Shown one piece after another: positions 34,617 to 37,735 of a stretch of DNA of 37,735 nucleotides; position 1 is the stretch's first letter, and each line of letters starts with the position of its first letter. The translations under genes were made by a program, and so were the position numbers. This DNA comes from a virus. Taxonomy: Duplodnaviria; Caudoviricetes. The notes beneath the pieces were generated by a model. It searched no databases, was not told the origin of the DNA, and worked only from the letters and a program-made list of their open reading frames with translations. Location: IMG/VR virus record IMGVR_UViG_3300037483_000349, positions 1 to 37,735 of that record, one strand, 5' to 3'.

Positions 34617-36209
34617 TCATGCAACTATTTGTAGCCGGCTATGGGGAGCAAAAACGGGCTTTCCGGCATTCTCCTCGTAACTTTTGCGACCCTCAAATGC
34701 CTCGGCTACAGCCTGTTCCTCATGCGTGAGCCGAGCGAAATCCTTTTTGCCGTAATCCTCCGGGAGCCAGCCCTTACCCCGGCAAGCTATGGTGTTAAAA
34801 CGGCGCAGAATATCCATGTCCTTGAACGTCAGATGAATTGTCCCTTTCTTGTAGGCGATCATCTTAAAGTAGGTATTTTCGGCCTTCAATTCGCCTTCCG
34901 CAAACGCCGCCTTTAGTGCGTCCGCCATCGAAAGATATTCGCTCCCGCCGTCAAAATAATTCATCACCTTGTCGATGTCCCCGAGTTGTTCCGCTGCCCT
35001 ATGGTCGAGTTGTGGGCCGTTATAGCCGAAGAACGGACTGCCATAGCTGGCGCGGACAGGGACGACAACCCGCTTCCCGACCTTGAACGCCTTGTTCGTC
35101 TTCCAGCCGTTGTAATAATGGATGTTCTTCTCATATTTGTTGTCTTCGTGCCAAGAGTGGCGGATCGTGAACATATCGAAGATATCCAACACCGCATCGG
35201 TCAGCGTCTGCTCGTAACTGCCGATCAGGTTGATCACGAATTGCCGAATATTCCCCTCCGTGAAATCCATGTGGCAGCGGTCATTCAGCGCGTGCTCGAA
35301 CTCCTCCTGTTTTTTCGACGTGAGCCGAGAACGAACCTCTTTTAGATCCAACGTCCTCCGCCAGTAGTCAACACGCACGTCTTTCAGGAGGGCGTTCAGG
35401 GTGCCCTGCATCCTTTCGGTCAAATCGCCGGACGCCATACTATGCAGCTTCGGCTCGGCGTTAATCCCCAAATATTTACCGACCCGTCTAAAATTGCGAT
35501 AGTAGTTGATGATTACGTCCGTCCCGGTCTGGATTGTTTGGTTGTATTCGGCAACCAGCTCATCAACGGTCTTGCCGGTCGACACTTCGTGCTTATCCTC
35601 CACCGTCTCGTAAGAGCGTGAGCCGTGGTCGTCACAGTCGGCAAAGAGGTCGTCTTCCACATGGCGATCAACCTTGAGGTAAACAAGAGCCACCTCAACC
35701 CCGGTCTTGCGCTCGGCCGAATTGAACGCTCCTTGAATGAATTCGATATCGGCTCCCAACTCGTCCAGTCGGCGAGTCAGTTCCTTGCGGGTGTTGGTGT
35801 GGGGGTTGCGGATCGTCTCGGCGTTGAGCAGACAGACAATCTCGCCACGGTAAAGAATCTCGATGGCCTTTAGCAGGTGCCGGTCGCCGTTGTCGAAGGG
35901 AGGGTTCATAATAATGGTGTCGAATTTGTCCGGCCCGGCATATTCCAGAAAGTCGGAATCCAAAACCCTGACCCCTTTACCTCGCAGGGTAGCCTGAAGT
36001 GTCGGATCTATCTCGATTGCGTAGATGTCGGCGTTTTCAAACGGCCGGTGGTGGTAACGCTCATAGGCCCGGCCGTGGCTCTTCAGGGCCTCAATCAGAT
36101 CCCCTTTCCCCGCTGAGGGTTCCAACACTTTTCCGGCGTGTTTGATCTTCGCTACCATGCGAAACGCCAACTCTGGCGGTGTTGGGTAAAATGTTGCGTT
36201 TTCAAACAT
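34617..36209 (-). CDS. SAM-dependent DNA methyltransferase with DUF4942-like domain
   Basis: FYPTP, VLEPSAGKG, IIMNPPF; C-terminal YFKMIAYKKGTIHLTF. Confidence 0.9.
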   Translation of the reverse strand: MFENATFYPTPPELAFRMVAKIKHAGKVLEPSAGKGDLIEALKSHGRAYERYHHRPFENADIYAIEIDPTLQATLRGKGVRVLDSDFLEYAGPDKFDTIIMNPPFDNGDRHLLKAIEILYRGEIVCLLNAETIRNPHTNTRKELTRRLDELGADIEFIQGAFNSAERKTGVEVALVYLKVDRHVEDDLFADCDDHGSRSYETVEDKHEVSTGKTVDELVAEYNQTIQTGTDVIINYYRNFRRVGKYLGINAEPKLHSMASGDLTERMQGTLNALLKDVRVDYWRRTLDLKEVRSRLTSKKQEEFEHALNDRCHMDFTEGNIRQFVINLIGSYEQTLTDAVLDIFDMFTIRHSWHEDNKYEKNIHYYNGWKTNKAFKVGKRVVVPVRASYGSPFFGYNGPQLDHRAAEQLGDIDKVMNYFDGGSEYLSMADALKAAFAEGELKAENTYFKMIAYKKGTIHLTFKDMDILRRFNTIACRGKGWLPEDYGKKDFARLTHEEQAVAEAFEGRKSYEENAGKPVFAPHSRLQIVA

Positions 36210-36235
36210 GAAGCGTTTCCTCCTGTTTTCCTGAT

Positions 36236-36751
36236 TTACAACGGAACCACCGTGATTTCCGCTCTCGGGTTTTCTTTGTCAAACCCCCACTCGACAAACC
36301 GCATTTTTACCTGCCGATCGTTGTGGTAGGCGTGCCCCTGCAAAACGTCCAGAATCACCGACTCGTCCAAATCGGGTCGGCGGCTTGCGTAATAGATTTT
36401 CATGACCACGAAAACATCACCGTCAATCGGGGTCAGCTTCAGGGCATTAAGCTGGTATCCTGCGGCCGTAACGTAGCCTCTCGCCTTATCCGACTTGATG
36501 GAGCGGGTCTTGCCACCTATTCTGACAATTTTGCGACTGTTGGCCTTGCTGGCGGGTTCGCCGTGGATGATAAAGTCAGGCTCCGCGCCGATGATGGACC
36601 TGACCAGTTCAATCGCCTGCTGCGGCTGCCAGTACGGGCATTCGTGTTTTGCAATTCCCTCGGTTGCGGGGATGCAATTCCAGGTTTCTCCGCTGTCGTG
36701 GTTGCAGGATAGCGGCAGGTCGGCATTATCTGCAAAGCAGGCGCGCATCAT
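36236..36751 (-). CDS. rusA: RusA-family Holliday junction resolvase with Cys-rich N-extension
   Basis: GEPASKANSR...RRPDLD...LDVLQG...NDRQV...DKENPRAEI. Confidence 0.85.
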   Translation of the reverse strand: MMRACFADNADLPLSCNHDSGETWNCIPATEGIAKHECPYWQPQQAIELVRSIIGAEPDFIIHGEPASKANSRKIVRIGGKTRSIKSDKARGYVTAAGYQLNALKLTPIDGDVFVVMKIYYASRRPDLDESVILDVLQGHAYHNDRQVKMRFVEWGFDKENPRAEITVVPL

Positions 36752-36752
36752 T

Positions 36753-36926
36753 TCACAATCCCCCGCGCGGTGTCATAGCTAACACTTTCCCGCAATATGG
36801 ACAAAAGACAAAGTTGTTGTCGTCAGGATCGCCGTCATCGAAAGCAAACATATTGTTGCATTCCGTTCCCCAATTTCCATCGTCGTCAGCGGTCCAAATA
36901 CACGCATTCAATCTGTGTTTTTTCAC
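36753..36926 (-). CDS. 57-aa Zn-ribbon protein
   Basis: GTG start; CIW...WGTEC...FVFCPYCGK. Confidence 0.75.
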   Translation of the reverse strand: MKKHRLNACIWTADDDGNWGTECNNMFAFDDGDPDDNNFVFCPYCGKVLAMTPRGGL

Positions 36927-36970
36927 AATTCCCTCTCTTCCAGTTGTAAAGGATTTCTTGACAACTCATT

Positions 36971-37165
36971 TTACTGATACCAAACGGACAATATAACGCT
37001 GACAAAAGCTGTTATAATCCCACCAAATATCATGACCGTCTGCACAATCATTATAAATGTCGGGGGATATTCCCCCTCGTCCCGGCAACACTTGTCAATG
37101 TGTATCCAGCACACCCCCGCCAAAGTTATCAGAGCTGCGGTTATATAGATTTTCAAAAAAAACAT
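36971..37165 (-). CDS. two-TM membrane protein (64 aa)
   Basis: AGGAG RBS right after attC B; AT-rich. Confidence 0.7.
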   Translation of the reverse strand: MFFLKIYITAALITLAGVCWIHIDKCCRDEGEYPPTFIMIVQTVMIFGGIITAFVSVILSVWYQ

Positions 37166-37176
37166 TATTTCTCCTA

Positions 37177-37245
37177 TTCTAACTACCGCAGCACCGGACC
37201 TGCGGCCGGTGTGCGTCCCCGGTCCCGTGAGATCAATCGTTAGCA
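37177..37245 (+). mobile_element. composite attC-like site B
   Basis: TTCTAAC TACCG plus the same core as site C, then a different right end ...GGTCCCGTGAG ATCAATC GTTAGCA overlapping the stop of ORF 37240. Confidence 0.7.
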
Positions 37246-37608
37246 GGCAGGTAATTCGGGCTCAATCAGCCTGATCCACCGTCCGCGCATCTCTTCCACA
37301 TATTGATGGCGGGTCCACCCGAACTGTCCCTTAGAGGCAAAACACCGACCGTCCATCCCGCTTGCCAAAATTGATACCGGTATAGGTACATCATCGGGGT
37401 CTTCGTTCCACCACCAGTACCACCCCTGATCAGTCGGTAGCTCTTTCGACCAGGCGCCTGCTAACCCCGCAATTGAGCCGGACGAGTTTACCTTTAGCAA
37501 TTCGCGCTTCCACGGTATCGGTGTGTTGTCACATCGGCAATAATCTTCACTCATTCCGCATTTCGCACATTCCATGTCGTCCTCCCATGTTTCGTTGTCG
37601 CCGCTCAT
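37240..37608 (-). CDS. hypothetical cassette protein (122 aa, Trp-rich)
   Basis: WSKELPTDQGWYWW; flanked by GTTAGCA and TGTTAAC. Confidence 0.8.
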   Translation of the reverse strand: MSGDNETWEDDMECAKCGMSEDYCRCDNTPIPWKRELLKVNSSGSIAGLAGAWSKELPTDQGWYWWWNEDPDDVPIPVSILASGMDGRCFASKGQFGWTRHQYVEEMRGRWIRLIEPELPAC

Positions 37609-37623
37609 TGTTAACCGTTAGGC
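37609..37623 (+). mobile_element. collapsed attC (R''-C-R' only)
   Basis: TGTTAAC C GTTAGGC between two cassette ORFs. Confidence 0.5.
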
Positions 37624-37735
37624 GCTTCGATTACCACCAGTTTTGTCAATAACGATTGGGTCGTTGTGCTGCATGAGTAGCCTCCTGAAATGTTCTTGGT
37701 TGGTATATTCCGCGTCCGGGTCTATCCCGTTGCGG
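37618..37735 (-). CDS. 3' part of the origin-spanning 59-aa protein
   Basis: in frame with ATG at 93 across the circular join; ends GCC TAA C. Confidence 0.7.
   Translation of the reverse strand, partial: RNGIDPDAEYTNQEHFRRLLMQHNDPIVIDKTGGNRSA

Noticed and set aside
37705-37735. Terminal repeat as a biological DTR or attL/attR
   Set aside because: It is exactly 31 bp and falls inside a continuous ORF, typical of assembler k-mer overlap.
1-37735. tRNA genes, integron integrase/attI, alternative genetic code
   Set aside because: No tRNA cloverleaf or tyrosine-recombinase motifs seen by eye; core genes are intact in the standard code.

Overview
The window is an apparently complete, circularly assembled ~37.7 kb tailed-phage genome: bases 1-31 equal 37705-37735, and one gene reads through the junction. 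The minus-strand morphogenesis block (~8.3-29.7 kb) is P22-like podovirus in order: terS, terL, portal, scaffold, P22-gp5-type coat, gp4/gp10-like tail proteins, tailspike/lectin proteins, three ejection proteins, lysis genes. Two divergent early arms start at ~800-900. The + arm carries an HTH regulator, 3'-5' exonuclease, ERF, NinB, SSB and many small ORFs. The - arm carries RusA, a DNA methyltransferase, a replication initiator with iterons and DnaB. I found no integrase, CI-type peptidase repressor or partition genes. The main unexpected signal is eight integron attC-like sites plus one collapsed site, all in the early arms. They bracket small ORFs as gene cassettes, always point opposite to the genes, often overlap the upstream stop codon, and occur with no integron integrase in the genome. 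Four of them form a covarying ~50-bp mini-attC family. Also notable: a ~300-nt hairpin-dense ncRNA candidate behind an attenuator-like leader (3650-4080), a similar leader on the replication gene, and a counter-oriented operon of tiny ORFs beside terS. All calls come from reading the sequence; no database searches or folding programs were run.
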